Positions 1 through 12,753 of a stretch of 64,000 bases of DNA are shown one piece after another. The notes under the pieces were generated by a model, which worked only from the letters and a program-made list of their open reading frames with translations, made no database searches and was not told the origin of the DNA. This stretch comes from Flaccisagitta enflata (taxonomy: Eukaryota), in NCBI GenBank assembly GCA_965153355.1, contig OZ231126.1, positions 37,448,001 to 37,512,000 on the forward strand, given 5' to 3'. Both the position numbers and the translations under genes were made by a program. Positions within the stretch are counted from its first letter, which is position 1. Every line of letters starts with the position of its first letter.

Positions 1-103
1 TCACAGGGTTGTGTGTTTGACGTTATGGCAATCTTTTTTACCATTGTGACATCTCCTTTTTCCTATTGTGACATCTTTCTTTGATGACACCCAATGTTAT
101 ATT

Positions 104-178
<75 letters not shown>

Positions 179-749
179 TTTTGAGAGAAATTATTCTTTT
201 GAACTGCCAAGGCCACACATCTCAGTCACTCAGTGAGACACACGAAATACCTGGATAGATCACAGTAAGGGAGAGGTTAGTGACAGGAGGGGCTAGCGGG
301 GTAGGAATTCATATTGAAGGATATTTGCTCTTTGGTTGATCTACCCCTTCAATTCTCTCAAGAGCCTTTTATATATATACATATATACATATATAGAGGG
401 TTTTGAGCAAAATGGACATCCTTTGGGGGTGATAAATCAAACATGCTTAACATGTATTTCAACCCCGCTAGCCCCTCTTGTCACTGATTCTCCCTTTTAT
501 GTGTAGTAAATAAGTGTGGCACAACCTGTGACATCCAGTATTTCTATACTGCCAAGGCCACGCATCTCAGTCACTCAAAGTGAGACACACAAAATACCTG
601 GAAAGATCACAGTAAGGGAGAGGTATGTGACAAGAGGGGCAACCTGTCACAGGGTTGTGTGTTTGACGTTATGGCAATCTTTTTTACCATTGTGACATCT
701 CCTTTTTCCTTTTGTGACATCTTTCTTTGATGACACCCGATGTTATATT

Positions 750-840
<91 letters not shown>

Positions 841-1412
841 GTTTTTGAGACATATTATTCTTTTGAACTGCCAAGGCCACACATCTCAGTCACTCAAAGT
901 GAGACACACGAAATACCTGGATAGATCACAGTAAGGGAGAGGTTAGTGACAAGAGGGGCTAGCGGGGTAGGAATTCATATTGAAGGATATTTGCTCTTTG
1001 GCTGATCTACCCCTTCAATTCTCTCGAGAGCCTTTTATATATAAACATATATACATATATAGAGGGTTTTGAGCAAAATGGAGATCCTTTGGGGGTGATA
1101 AATCAAACATGCTTAACATGTATTTCAACCCCGCTAGCCCCTCTTGTCACTGATTCCCCCTTTTATGTGTAGTAAATAACTGTGGCACAACCTGTGACAT
1201 CTAGAATTTCGATACTATCAAGGCCATGAATCTCAGTTTCTCAAAATGAGTCACACAAAATACCTGGATAGATCACAGTAAGGGAGAGGTTAGTGACAAG
1301 AGGGGCAACCTGTAGCAGGGTTGTATGTTCAGCATTATGGCTGTCTTTTACCATTGTGACATCTGTCTTTTTTCCTATTTTGACATCTTTCTTTGATGAT
1401 ACCCTATGTTAT

Positions 1413-1495
<83 letters not shown>

Positions 1496-2069
1496 GGTTT
1501 TTGAGACAAATCATTCTTTTGAACTGCCAAGGCCACACATCTCAGTCACTCAAAGTGAGACACACGAAATACCTGGAAAGATCACAGTAAGGGAGAGGTT
1601 AGTGACAGGAGGGCTAGCGGGTAGGAATTCATATTGAAGGATATTTGCTCTTTGGTTGATCTACCCCTTCAATTCTCTCAAGAGCCTTTTATATATATAC
1701 ATATATACATATATAGAGGGTTTTGAGCAAAATGGACATCCTTTGGGGGTGATAAATCAAACATGCTTAACATGTATTTCAACCCCGCTAGCCCCTCTTG
1801 TCACTGATTCCCCCTTTTATGTGTAGTAAATAAGTGTGGCACAACCTGTGACATCCAGTATTTCTATACTGCCAAGGCCACGCATCTCAGTCACTCAAAG
1901 TGAGACACACAAAATACCTGGAAAGATCACAGTAAGGGAGAGGTATGTGACAAGAGGGGCAACCTGTCACTGGGTTGTGTGTTCAGCATTATGGCTGTCT
2001 TTTACCATTGTGACATCTGTCTTTTTTCCTATTGTGACATCTTTCTGTGATGATACCCTATGTTATATT

Positions 2070-2144
<75 letters not shown>

Positions 2145-2714
2145 TTTTGAGACATATTATTCTTTTGAACTGCCAAGGCCACACATCTCAGTCACTCAAA
2201 GTGAGACACACAAAATACCTGGATAGATCACAGTAAGGGAGAGGTTAGTGACAGGAGGGGCTAGCGGGGTAGGAATTCATATTGAGGGATATTTGCTCTT
2301 TGGTTGATCTACCCCTTCAATTCTCTCAAGAGTCTTTTATATATGTACATATATACATATATAGAGGGTTTTGAGCAAAATGGACATCCTTTGGGGGTGA
2401 TAAATCAAACATGCTTAACATGTATTTCAACCCCGCTAGCCCCTCTTGTCACTGATTCCCCCTTTTATGTGTAGTAAATAACTGTGGCACAACCTGTGAC
2501 ATCTAGAATTTCGATACTATCAAGGCCATGCATCTCAGTTTCTCAAAATGAGTCACACAAAATACCTGGATAGATCACAGTAAGGGAGAGGTTAGTGACA
2601 AGAGGGGCAACCTGTCGCAGGGTTGTGTGTTCAGCATTATGGCTGTCTTTTACCATTGTGACATCTGTCTTTTTTCCTATTGTGACATCTTTCTTTGATG
2701 ATACCCTATGTTAT

Positions 2715-2790
<76 letters not shown>

Positions 2791-3347
2791 TTTTGAGACA
2801 AATCATTCTTTTGAACTGCCAAGGCCACACATCTCAGTCACTCAAAGTGAGACACACAAAATACCTGGATAGATCACAGTAAGGGAGAGGTTAGCGGGGT
2901 ACGAATTCATATTGAAGGATATTTGCTCTTTGGTTGATCTACCCCTTCAATTCTCTCAAGAGCCTTTTATATATATACATATATACATATATAGGGGGTT
3001 TTGAGCAAAATGGACATCCTTTGGGGGTGATAAATCAAACATGCTTAACATGTTTTTCAACCCCGCTAGCCCCTCTTGTCACTGATTCCCCCTTTTATGT
3101 GTAGTAAATAAGTGTGGCACAACCTGTGACATCCAGTATTTCTATACTGCCAAGGCCACGCATCTCAGTCACTCAAAGTGAGACACAAAAAATACCTGGA
3201 AACATCACAGTAAGGGAGAGGTATGTGACAAGAGGGGCAACCTGTCACAGGGTTGTGTGTTTGACGTTATGGCAATCTTTTTTACCATTGTGACATCTCC
3301 TTTTTCCTATTGTGACATCTTTCTTTGATGACACCCGATGTTATATT

Positions 3348-3430
<83 letters not shown>

Positions 3431-3653
3431 TTTTGAGACATATTATTCTTTTGAACTGCCAAGGCCACACATCTCAGTCACTCAAAGTGAGACACACGAA
3501 ATACCTGGATAGATCACAGTAAGGGAGAGGTTAGTGACAAGAGGGGCAACCTGTCGCAGGGTTGTGTGTTCAGCATTATGGCTGTCTTTTACCATTGTGA
3601 CATCTGTCTTTTTTCCTATTGTGACATCTTTCTTTGATGATACCCTATGTTAT

Positions 3654-3727
<74 letters not shown>

Positions 3728-4297
3728 TTTTGAGACAAATCATTCTTTTGAACTGCCAAGGCCACACATCTCAGTCACTCAAAGTGAGACACACGAAATA
3801 CCTGGATAGATCACAGTAAGGGAGAGGTTAGTGACAGGAGGGGCTAGCGGGGTAGGAATTCATATTGAAGGATATTTGCTCTTTGGTTGATCTACCCCTT
3901 CAATTCTCTCAAGAGCCTTTTATGTATATACATATATACATATATAGAGGGTTTTGAGCAAAATGGACATCCTTTGGGGGTGATAAATCAAACATGCTTA
4001 ACATGTATTTCAACCCCGCTAGCCCCTCTTGTCACTGATTCCCCCTTTTATGTGTAGTAAATAAGTGTGGCACAACCTGTGACATCCAGTATTTCTATAC
4101 TGCCAAGGCCACGCATCTCAGTCACTCAAAGTGAGACACACAAAATACCTGGAAAGATCCTAGTAAGGGAGAGGTTAGTGACAAGAGGGGCAACCTGTCG
4201 CAGGGTTGTGTGTTCAGCGTTATGGCTGTCTTTTACCATTGTGACATCCGTCTTTTTTCCTATTATGACATCTGTCTTTGATGACACCCGATGTTAT

Positions 4298-4370
<73 letters not shown>
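1..4370. repeat. Complex tandem repeat, ~640-665 bp unit (about 6.5 copies), each with a (GA)n tract and an internal inverted-repeat module
   Basis: The (GA)n-GGTTTTTGAGA junction recurs at ~176, 840, 1496, 2143, 2788, 3428 and 3724 (a short ~296 bp unit). Full units contain GTGACA(G/A)GAGGGGCTAGCGGGGT ... ACCCCGCTAGCCCCTCTTGTCAC. The array runs off the left edge. Confidence 0.95.
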
Positions 4371-4373
<3 letters not shown>

Positions 4374-5113
4374 ATGATAAACTTGTGACACTTGACTTTA
4401 TTGAAACATGTGACACTTGACTTTATCGTGACATGAGACACTTGACTTTTTCGTTATATGACACTTGACTTTATCCTAACATGTGACACTTAACTTTATC
4501 GTAACATGGGACACTTGACTTTATTGTAATATGTGACACTTGACTTTATCGTAACATGTGACACTTGACTATATCATAATGTGACACTTGACTTTTTTGT
4601 AACATGTGACACTTGACTTTATTGTTACATGTGACACATGACTTTATCGTAACATGTGACACTTGACTTTATCATAAGGTCAAGTGTCACATGTTACAAT
4701 AAAGTCAAGTGTCACATGTTACAATAAAGTCAAGTGTCACATGTTACAATAAAGTCAAGTGTCACATTATGATATAGTCAAGTGTCACATGTTATGATAA
4801 AGTCAAGTGTCACATGTTACGATAAAGTCAAGTGTCCCATGTTACGATAAAGTCAAGTGTCCCATGTTACGATAAAGTTAAGTGTCCCATGTTACAATAA
4901 ATTCAAGTGTCACATGTTACGATAAAGTTAAGTGTCACATGTTACGATAAAGTCAAGTGTCACATGTTACGATAAACCCAAGTGTCACATGTTACGATAT
5001 TGTCAAGTGTCACATGTTATGATAAAGTCAAATGTCCCACATTACGATAAAGTTAAGTGTCCCATGTTACAATGAAGTCAAGTGTCACATGTTATGATAA
5101 AGTCAACTGTCAC
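4371..5113. repeat. 25-bp minisatellite (GTGACACTTGACTTTATCGTAACAT) that inverts mid-array
   Basis: Forward units run 4384-4672; reverse-complement units (AAGTCAAGTGTCACATGTTACGATA) run ~4679-5113. Confidence 0.93.
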
Positions 5114-5885
5114 AAATAAGGCAGTTGAGTGTTATGTAATGTTGTCACAAATGTTGCGGTAGCAGATGTTTTATGTCATTGTAAAGTCACATGCTCGATA
5201 AAGCCAGTTATTATTAGTTATTGTTAAGTCAATTGCCATTTGAAAGGTACAGTCAAGTGTCATGTACTATTGAAAAGTCCAGGAACAATTTTAAATGGGG
5301 GTTAAGCGGAGTGTCATGGCGGTGACACATGAGCTTAAAAGAGGGAGTCATGGGAAGGGGCAAAGTAGTGTCAGGGGGGCAAAGTTGTTTTTTGATTATC
5401 ATCGCTCTCGCCCACCCGATTAATGCTGCTGTGCATACAGCCTAGTATAATGTGACTTTTGACTGTAAATTGTGATGTGTATTGTTGCTATTGATATTAC
5501 ACTTATATTTCACGCTGTTGTGACATCTAAATATAAGGAAGCATGGATGACTCTGTCCCTTCCTGTCTCAGGGTCGCGTGTTTGGCGCAAAGGCTGTTTT
5601 TACTTTTGTGACATCTGTCTTTATTTCTATTGTGACATTTATCTTCGCTTTTGGGACGTCCAAATTTTTCTAGTTAGAGAAAACAGCGCGCGCTCGGCGC
5701 CCGGGGGCCACCGCCATTGAGACGTCCGACTCTGAGAATAATCCAAATGTCACAGACTCATCCAGATGTCACAAGGCCTCGAAGAATGTTTTGCCAAAGT
5801 CTCTTTATCATGAAGTTTATGACTTTCTCACAATACCGGACGTAACAGGTGTTTGAATGTTTGAAGACATGGTTACCATTTTATC

Positions 5886-6512
5886 TTATGTGTTGGTACC
5901 ACAGAGGCCAGAGGTGGCGAAGTCATGACCCGACCTCTGTTCCACTCTGCTATACAGGATGCAATATGTCGTATTGTCGTCATCATTCCAAGCCCCAACG
6001 CCCCCGACTCCTGCTACCTTCACCTTGTAATCTGTGAACGTCAATCCTAGAGAAATAAGATGAAAGGATAAATACTGATTCATGAAGAGATAATTTTTTT
6101 TCTGTGGTAGAAATTAAAACCGGTTATGTGTTAAGTGTTTTCTTAGTCGCGCGCTGCGTGCATCAACCTCGCTTTGTCTCTCCGTCGCGTCGGTTGGTTC
6201 GGCGGTCATTGTAAGTGAAGCTGAACGTAATTCAACTAGTGGCGTTCGCCATATTGTGTTCCACGAAAACTTGATTTGGCGTGAAAAAGAAAGGCAATAA
6301 TTCAAAAAATAAATCTAATAATAATAACCAGACAAATCTGTGTTGTACATAATGGCCGCCTGTGGGCGGCCTTACTATCATCCATGGGCGGCCTCACTGC
6401 CGCCTGTGGGCGGTCCCACTGCCGCCTGTGGGCGGCCCCACTGCCGCCTGTGGGCGGTCCCACTGCCACCTGTGGGTGGTCCCACTGGCGCCTTTGGGCG
6501 GTCCCACTGCCG

Positions 6513-6585
<73 letters not shown>

Positions 6586-9107
6586 GTTTGTGTGTATATG
6601 TGTGTGACTTACATCGGAGAAAACTGGGTGGTGTGACATACATTGGAGAATTCTTGGCTGTCTGACATACATCTGAGAAAACTGGGTGATGTGGCATACA
6701 TCTGAGAATTCTGAACTGTGTGACATACATCGGAGAAAACTGGGTGGTGTGGCATACATTGGAGAATTCTGGGCTGTGTGACATACATCGGAGAAAACTG
6801 GGTGGTGTGGCATATATCTGAGAATTTCGAGCTGTGTGACATACATTGGAGAAAACTAGGTGGTGTGACAAACATCAGAGAATTCTGGGCTGTGTGACAT
6901 ACATCGGCAAAAACTGGGTGGTGTGACATACATCGGAGAATTCTGGGCAGTGTGACATACATCGGAGAAAACTGGGTGGTGTGACATACATCGGAGAATT
7001 CTGGGCTGTGTGACATACATCGGAGAAAACTGGGTGGTGTGACATACATTGGAGAATTCTGGGCTGTGTGACATATATCGGAGAAAACTAGGTGGTGTGA
7101 CATACATTGGAGAATTCTGGGCTGTGTGACATACATCGGAGAAAACTGGGTGGTGTGACATACATCGAAGAATTCTGGGCTGTGTGACATACATCGAAGA
7201 GAACTGGGTAGTGTGACATACATCGGAGAATTCTGGGCTGTGTGACATACATCGGAGAAAACTTGGTGGTGTGACATACATTGGAGAATTTTGGGCTGTG
7301 TGACATACATTGGAGAAAATTGGGTAGTGTGACATACATCAGAGAATTTTAGGCTGTGTGACATACATTGGAGAAAACTGGGTGGTGTGACATACACTGG
7401 AGAACTCTGGGCTGTGTGACATACATCGGAGATAACTGGGTGGTGTGAAATAAATTGGAGAACTTTGGGCTGTGTGACATAGATTAGAGAAAACTGGGTG
7501 GTGTGACTACATCAGAGAATTTTGGGCTGTGTGACATACATTGGAGAAAACTGGGTGGTGTGACATGCACTGGAGAAATCTGGGTGGTGTGACATACATT
7601 GGAGAATTCTGGGCTGTGTGACATTCATTGGAGAAAACTGGGTGGTGTGACATACATTAGAGAATTCTGGGCTGTGTGACATACATCAGAGAAAACTGGG
7701 TGGTGTGACATACATTGTAGAATTCTGGGCTGTGTGACATACATTGGAAAAAACTGGGTGGTGTGACATACATCGGAGAATTCTGGGCTGTGTGACATAC
7801 ATCGGAAAAAACTGGGTGGCGTGACATACATTGGAGACTTCTGGGCTGTGTGACATACATCGGAGAAAATGGGGTGGTGTGACATACATCGGAGAATTCT
7901 GGGCTGTGTGACATACATTGGAGAAAACTGGGTGGTGTGACATACATCGGAGAATTCCTGCCTCTGTGACATACATCGGAGAAATTGGGTGGTGTGACAT
8001 ACATCGGAGAATACTGGGCTGTGTGACATACATTGGAGAAAACTGGGTAGTATGACGTACATCGGAGAATTCTGGGCTGTGTGACATACAAAAGTTCGTA
8101 CAGACGTTACGGAGAAAATCTTAATATTTAGTGTTCCACTATCGTGGAAAACAATGAACAACCGGACATGATTCCAGCTTGTGGTTGATTGAATTCCTAC
8201 AAGTGTTTGGAAACAACAACAACGGTCGGCTGGTCGGTAAGCCGGTTGGTCGGTGGGTCAGTTATTTGTTCAGGTTTCACTTTTTCAATGTCGTTGGTCT
8301 CACTGCTCCTGCCCAAATACCCTTGTGACCCCAAGTACAGACCCTGCCCACCTGCACGCGACTGGGGTAGCCGTGTATCTTAGGCTGTCTTAAAGTATGG
8401 TCAAATCCGAATCTTGTCTTCCTCGCGCAAGAAATAAGACCATTTCCATCACAGATGATAGTTTTAAAATCTTGTTATGACCAGATGAATTTTACTCATG
8501 CTCGCCACCCCACCCCTTACAACTTTGGTGGCGGGCATGGGTTTACTTTATTTAAACGCCACCAGATCTATGATGGATATGGACTCATTTCCCCCGCGTA
8601 TTTGATCATACTTTCAGTCATCCTAGTTTATCTGACCTTGTTAGAATTAAATTGGGTAAAGAGTAAGGTTCTTGAAAATTGTATCATTCTAATTCTATAT
8701 ATATATATATAACTTTACCAGCCTCTCTTCATGCAAACAACACCGGATACACAGCTACTCAAGTCGCGTGCGGCCACAACCTGTCTGAATTTGAGTCATA
8801 TATATATATATATATATATATGCATATTACTGCATTTTGCGGGAGCCGGGCAGGTGCAAAAATGCGTGCTCTCATATTTAAAACTGGAGCGTAACAGACC
8901 AAGTGTGGAACGGACGGGCCGACAGACGGACAAAATTTCAGAGTCGACTAAAAGTTGAACGTTAAATTCCTTTTTGCCACCAACCTTTGCATTTTGGATA
9001 CTCCTGAATGCACAATTTCTTGCAATCGTGAAAGGATTTCTCTTGATGGACCACGACCAGTATCTCTCCGGTAAATTCTGTTTTATCCTCCTGGGTACAC
9101 ACGGGTC
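5886..9107 (-). CDS. PAN/apple-domain protein, last two coding exons (5' exon(s) not identified)
   Basis: Exon 9107-8985 (ataag|GA...AAAG|gttggt, phase 1/1) joins exon 6046-5886 (tctctag|GA..TAA). Spliced product: PVCTQEDKTEFTGEILVVVHQEKSFHDCKKLCIQEYPKCKGLTFTDYK...TTYCILYSRVEQRSGHDFATSGLCGTNT*. It has six Cys in apple/PAN spacing, with CxxxC, C-x-G-x-T-F, C-x-L and SG-x-C motifs. Confidence 0.72.
6236..8155 (-). mobile_element. Non-autonomous Helentron-like element (HINE/DINE-1 architecture) with internal tandem repeats
   Basis: Sub-terminal IRs ATTGTGTTCCACGA (6253-6266) and TCGTGGAAAACAAT (8142-8155) match at 13/14. A palindrome TTCCAC-tatc-GTGGAA (8134-8149) lies at one end. At the other end is the hairpin TGGCG-tt-CGCCA (6240-6251) next to CTAG. 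The interior holds a 22-bp repeat, a (GT)n tract and a 58-bp satellite. Confidence 0.75.
6603..8090. repeat. 58-bp dimeric satellite (alternating 29-bp A and B monomers)
   Basis: CATACATCGGAGAAAACTGGGTGGTGTGA alternates with CATACATCGGAGAATTCTGGGCTGTGTGA for ~1.5 kb. It is preceded by 22-bp CCCACTGCCGCCTGTGGGCGGT units (6352-6515) and (GT)n. Confidence 0.95.
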
Positions 9108-9495
9108 CTTATACGGGAAAAAGTTATCAAGTTACTTTCTGTCAAATAGGCGTGTAAATCTTTTATCTTTTTTGGGCAGCGGCCCTAAAAGGCCAATGTC
9201 CTGTAAAACACAGGCGTGAATTTCTGTACGTTTGTCCGTCCTGAAAATTGCCAAGTTTCATGACCATGGGATATAATCTTCATGTGGCCGCCCCCCTCCA
9301 ATTAATCAAGGGTTCTGACGGAAAATTTTAAAGCAAATTTTGAAAAGCTTTTAATCATTGCAGAATGGGGGTTGGTGGTCACAGAAGATCATATTGCATG
9401 GTCCTGAAACATGGCAAATCTTATTCTCATAATAAAAGATTGTTAAGGGGTATCTGATAGAATTTAATGTCGAAAGCCCACCCTGATGATGAGGC

Positions 9496-9583
<88 letters not shown>

Positions 9584-9797
9584 AATAGTATCGAGATTAT
9601 GACAAATTTTGCAATATTGATGAATGGGTAACCAACCAACAAACCAACTGAAGAACGGACACAGTCGATTATTGTAGAATACAGAGAAGCGAGGACACAT
9701 CCAACAATTGACGCGGGGTCACAATATCGTTGCGGACGGGTGGACAGGGGCATCCAACCCCCAGCCTCACCCCAACCACACCCCCAACTCCCCTCCA

Positions 9798-9842
<45 letters not shown>

Positions 9843-10407
9843 AAACCAACTGCAGCATCATAAAAGAGAGAGAGAGAGAGAGGGAGAGAGAGAGAGAGAG
9901 AGAGATCATTTACAAGCTAAGCAGCATGTGGACGCATCGTTGTACCCTCGGGGTCCTTGTTTCTAAGGAAAAAGTGACAACAGGGATTTCAACTGATGTC
10001 TCTAAAGTCCCTTGCCAAACACCATTACACCAATGTCTATGGATGAATTCGTTTGTAAAAGATTTTAGAGCCGAAGATTTTATTCACTGAACGGGTTATT
10101 CATGAACTTTTCCAACAGTCATGAAAAGAAATGTCATCTGTCTTACAATAAAAAAATCATGACAACTGCAAAAACGAAAACTACGAATGGCGATATGCGA
10201 TATGCTTATACATCATTATATGCAAATATTTGTGCTAAAGCATGGGCAGGATTAAGGGGTGAAAGGATGAAAAACTGCTTTAGACATAATTTTCTTAGTT
10301 TATACCATCTTTTCCTCAAAACTACTCTTTTCTACTTTTCCTTTTTTTCATCAGTTTCATCCATCTACCTTTGTTATTGCTTTTCCACGTTGTGCTGAAA
10401 AAAAACA

Positions 10408-10992
10408 CTAAACCTAACACAACCCCTAACCCTAAACCTAATACAACCCCTAACCTTAAACCTTTAAACCCTAACCTTAACAGCAACATTTATTTCCAGC
10501 TCTCTCAACCTAACTAAAAAACTGTATAACCTTTAATTTGAAATCATAACCCTGCATAAATAACCTGTATTAATAACCTGCATAAATGAAGTGCCTTCGT
10601 GGGAAAGGGTTAGTGTCTGTTTTAAGTTAGTCTTACAAAGGTTTAACATTAAGGACTAAACATAAGTTAAGGGTTAGGGGTTGTTCTAATTTTAGGTTAA
10701 GTAATGATGATTAAGAGTTACAGAGTAGTATTAGGTTGCAAAGTTAGAAACAATGTTAGGTTTAGGAGTTAAGGTTGTATTAGGTTAGGAATTAAAAGCT
10801 GTGTTAGGTTTAAGTTAGAGGTAATGTTGAGTTTAAAGGGTTAAAATAATATTAGGTTTTAAGAACAAAACAGTTGAGGTTAGGGGTTATATTAGGTTTA
10901 GGGTTAAGGGTTGTGTTAGGTTTAGGGCTAGGGGTAATGTTGAGTTTAGGGTTAAGGGTTGTGTTAGGGTTAGGGGTTGTGTTGGGGTTAGG
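10408..10992. repeat. Degenerate telomere-like repeats in inverted arrangement
   Basis: A CCCTAA/AACCTA-rich block (10408-10480) is followed by a TTAGGG/TTAGG-rich block (~10665-10992). Confidence 0.65.
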
Positions 10993-11539
10993 CAAATTTT
11001 AATTTGCTTAAGGTAAAAGGTTTTGTTTTACCACGAATGAAATATTTTACTTGCTATGGAAAAAATGTTTATATATATATCTGCAAAATGTTTCTTTTCT
11101 CTAGGCTGTAAATTAAATGATAGCTGTGCATTTTCAGTTTGAACCACCACCCTCCCCCACCACCACCCTTTTTGGTTTTTTGAATTATGAAATTCCTTGA
11201 ACTTAAAGGTATTGAAACTGCAATATGTAAATGAGATTTTTGTACTTTTTGTAAACTAGCAATTTTATCAAATTTTTGAAGTATAAAAAAGAACCGAGGG
11301 TAGACAGTGGTAGACCGGAGGTTGACGAGGTAGACCGAGGGTGACATTTTCATTTTAGCTTAAATAATAGTCATGTATTTTATAAACAATTTGGCCTACC
11401 TCTACATACCCACCCTTTTTGGTTTTAATTATGAAATCCCTTGAACTTAAAAATTGTATTGAGACTGCAATATGCATAAATGAGATTTTTTACTTTTGCA
11501 AACTAACAATTTTATTAAATTTTTGAAGTATAAAAAAAA

Positions 11540-11790
11540 ACCGAGGGGTGGGTGAGGAGTGGGGTGAGGTGGGGAGTGAGGGTGGGGTAGGGTGGACCAG
11601 GGGTGGACCAAGGGGTGGACCGAGGGGTAAACTGAGGGGTAAACCGAGGGGTAAACCGAGGGGTAGGAGGGGTAAACCGAGGGGTGGGAGGGGTAAACCA
11701 AGGGGTGGTCAATTTCAACCGAGGGGTGGGAGGGGGTGGGGCGAGGGGGGGTCACCCCCCCCCCGGGGCCCCCCACCCCTCGCTACCCTA
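11540..11790. repeat. G-rich ~12-bp minisatellite (AAACCGAGGGGT), following a duplicated ~150-bp segment
   Basis: Repeated AAACCGAGGGGT / GGACCGAGGGGT units. Segment 11160-11300 is duplicated at 11410-11548. Confidence 0.7.
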
Positions 11791-11957
11791 CATGAGACAT
11801 CTTTAACTAATTCGATCCAACTTTTTTGTTCTGCTTTCTGTACTGTACTCTCCATTATGTGTTTACAAGTATCATCATATTTGATGCTCTATGTGACTAG
11901 AAGTCTTTAACAACCTCCTCCCCCCCTCTCCCTCCAACACCTCTACACGTCTCATAG

Positions 11958-12138
11958 GTTTGTTGACAGAGTCAAATCCACCCTCGTTTTGGAAAGCGAT
12001 ATCGAAGCCAAGAATGAAATTCTAAAACTCTACGGCATTGAGCCAATCATCCCTGGCGCTAGGTTTTTTTCCATGCTTCTCGAGGAAAGACTTTCAGAAA
12101 TAAGACAATTTCTGAATGATTATGGATATTTTCACTGA
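11958..12138 (+). CDS. Orphan terminal coding exon; resembles the C-terminal helical end (ERAP1_C-like) of an M1 aminopeptidase
   Basis: Pyrimidine-rich acceptor ...ctcatag|G, then an open frame FVDRVKSTLVLESDIEAKNEILKLYGIEPIIPGARFFSMLLEERLSEIRQFLNDYGYFH*. The family resemblance is by eye only. Upstream exons were not found. Confidence 0.5.
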
Positions 12139-12753
12139 CATCTGGTGTCGTATTAAGATGATCAATATGAAACAACCACTTCCAGAGTTTCATGATAGCT
12201 TTGTCCTAACATTTTGATGCTTTGCTTTCGAAACAATCTAAATACCGAATAATGCAAGCTACAGCTACAATCATGTTCTCTAGATACCTGGCTTTGCCTA
12301 TCATCGTTTGTTTGAGATTTACTATCAATAATAACCAACTGGCAACTGAGGGATAAGTGGCTCAATCACGATTATAAAATGTATAAATCTTCACATTGCT
12401 AGTTTTATTGTTAAATTGTAAGTGTTTACAATTGCACGAGGCTACTCCCATATTTTAAAGTTGGAAAGAATGAGTGTCGATATTCCGATTGCAATTGACA
12501 GCCTGCATCATTGCATAACTAAAGGACCTCAGGCTCAGAAAGCGGTCCAACAGTCCACCAGCGACGGCTCGTATTGTTACGTGTCGTGACATAAGTTAGA
12601 CATGCATAATTGATTTTGATAAATGCTGGCTCACTTTAAAAACCAGATTTGCTAAGTAAATGGCATGTGAAAAGAGCAAATTAGATAGCCGAAGCAAAGA
12701 TGCAAAATTCATCATGCATCATAAGCAGTGCACCGAACTCAAAACAAGCACAG

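Noticed and set aside
607-4441. Many ER/SL-repeat ORFs (likewise HT/CV and poly-N/T/Q/L ORFs elsewhere, e.g. 16.8-18.4, 42.4-42.7, 51.7-51.9 and 56.1-56.7 kb)
   Set aside because: They are translations of microsatellites with no splice or domain support.
6603-8090. CRISPR-like regular repeats and long ORFs on the - strand
   Set aside because: The intervening sequences are themselves repeated (no unique spacers), there are no cas genes, and the context is eukaryotic. The ORFs are by-products of the satellite.
8455-8712. + strand 85-aa ORF with acceptor-like start
   Set aside because: No domain similarity and no linkable exons.
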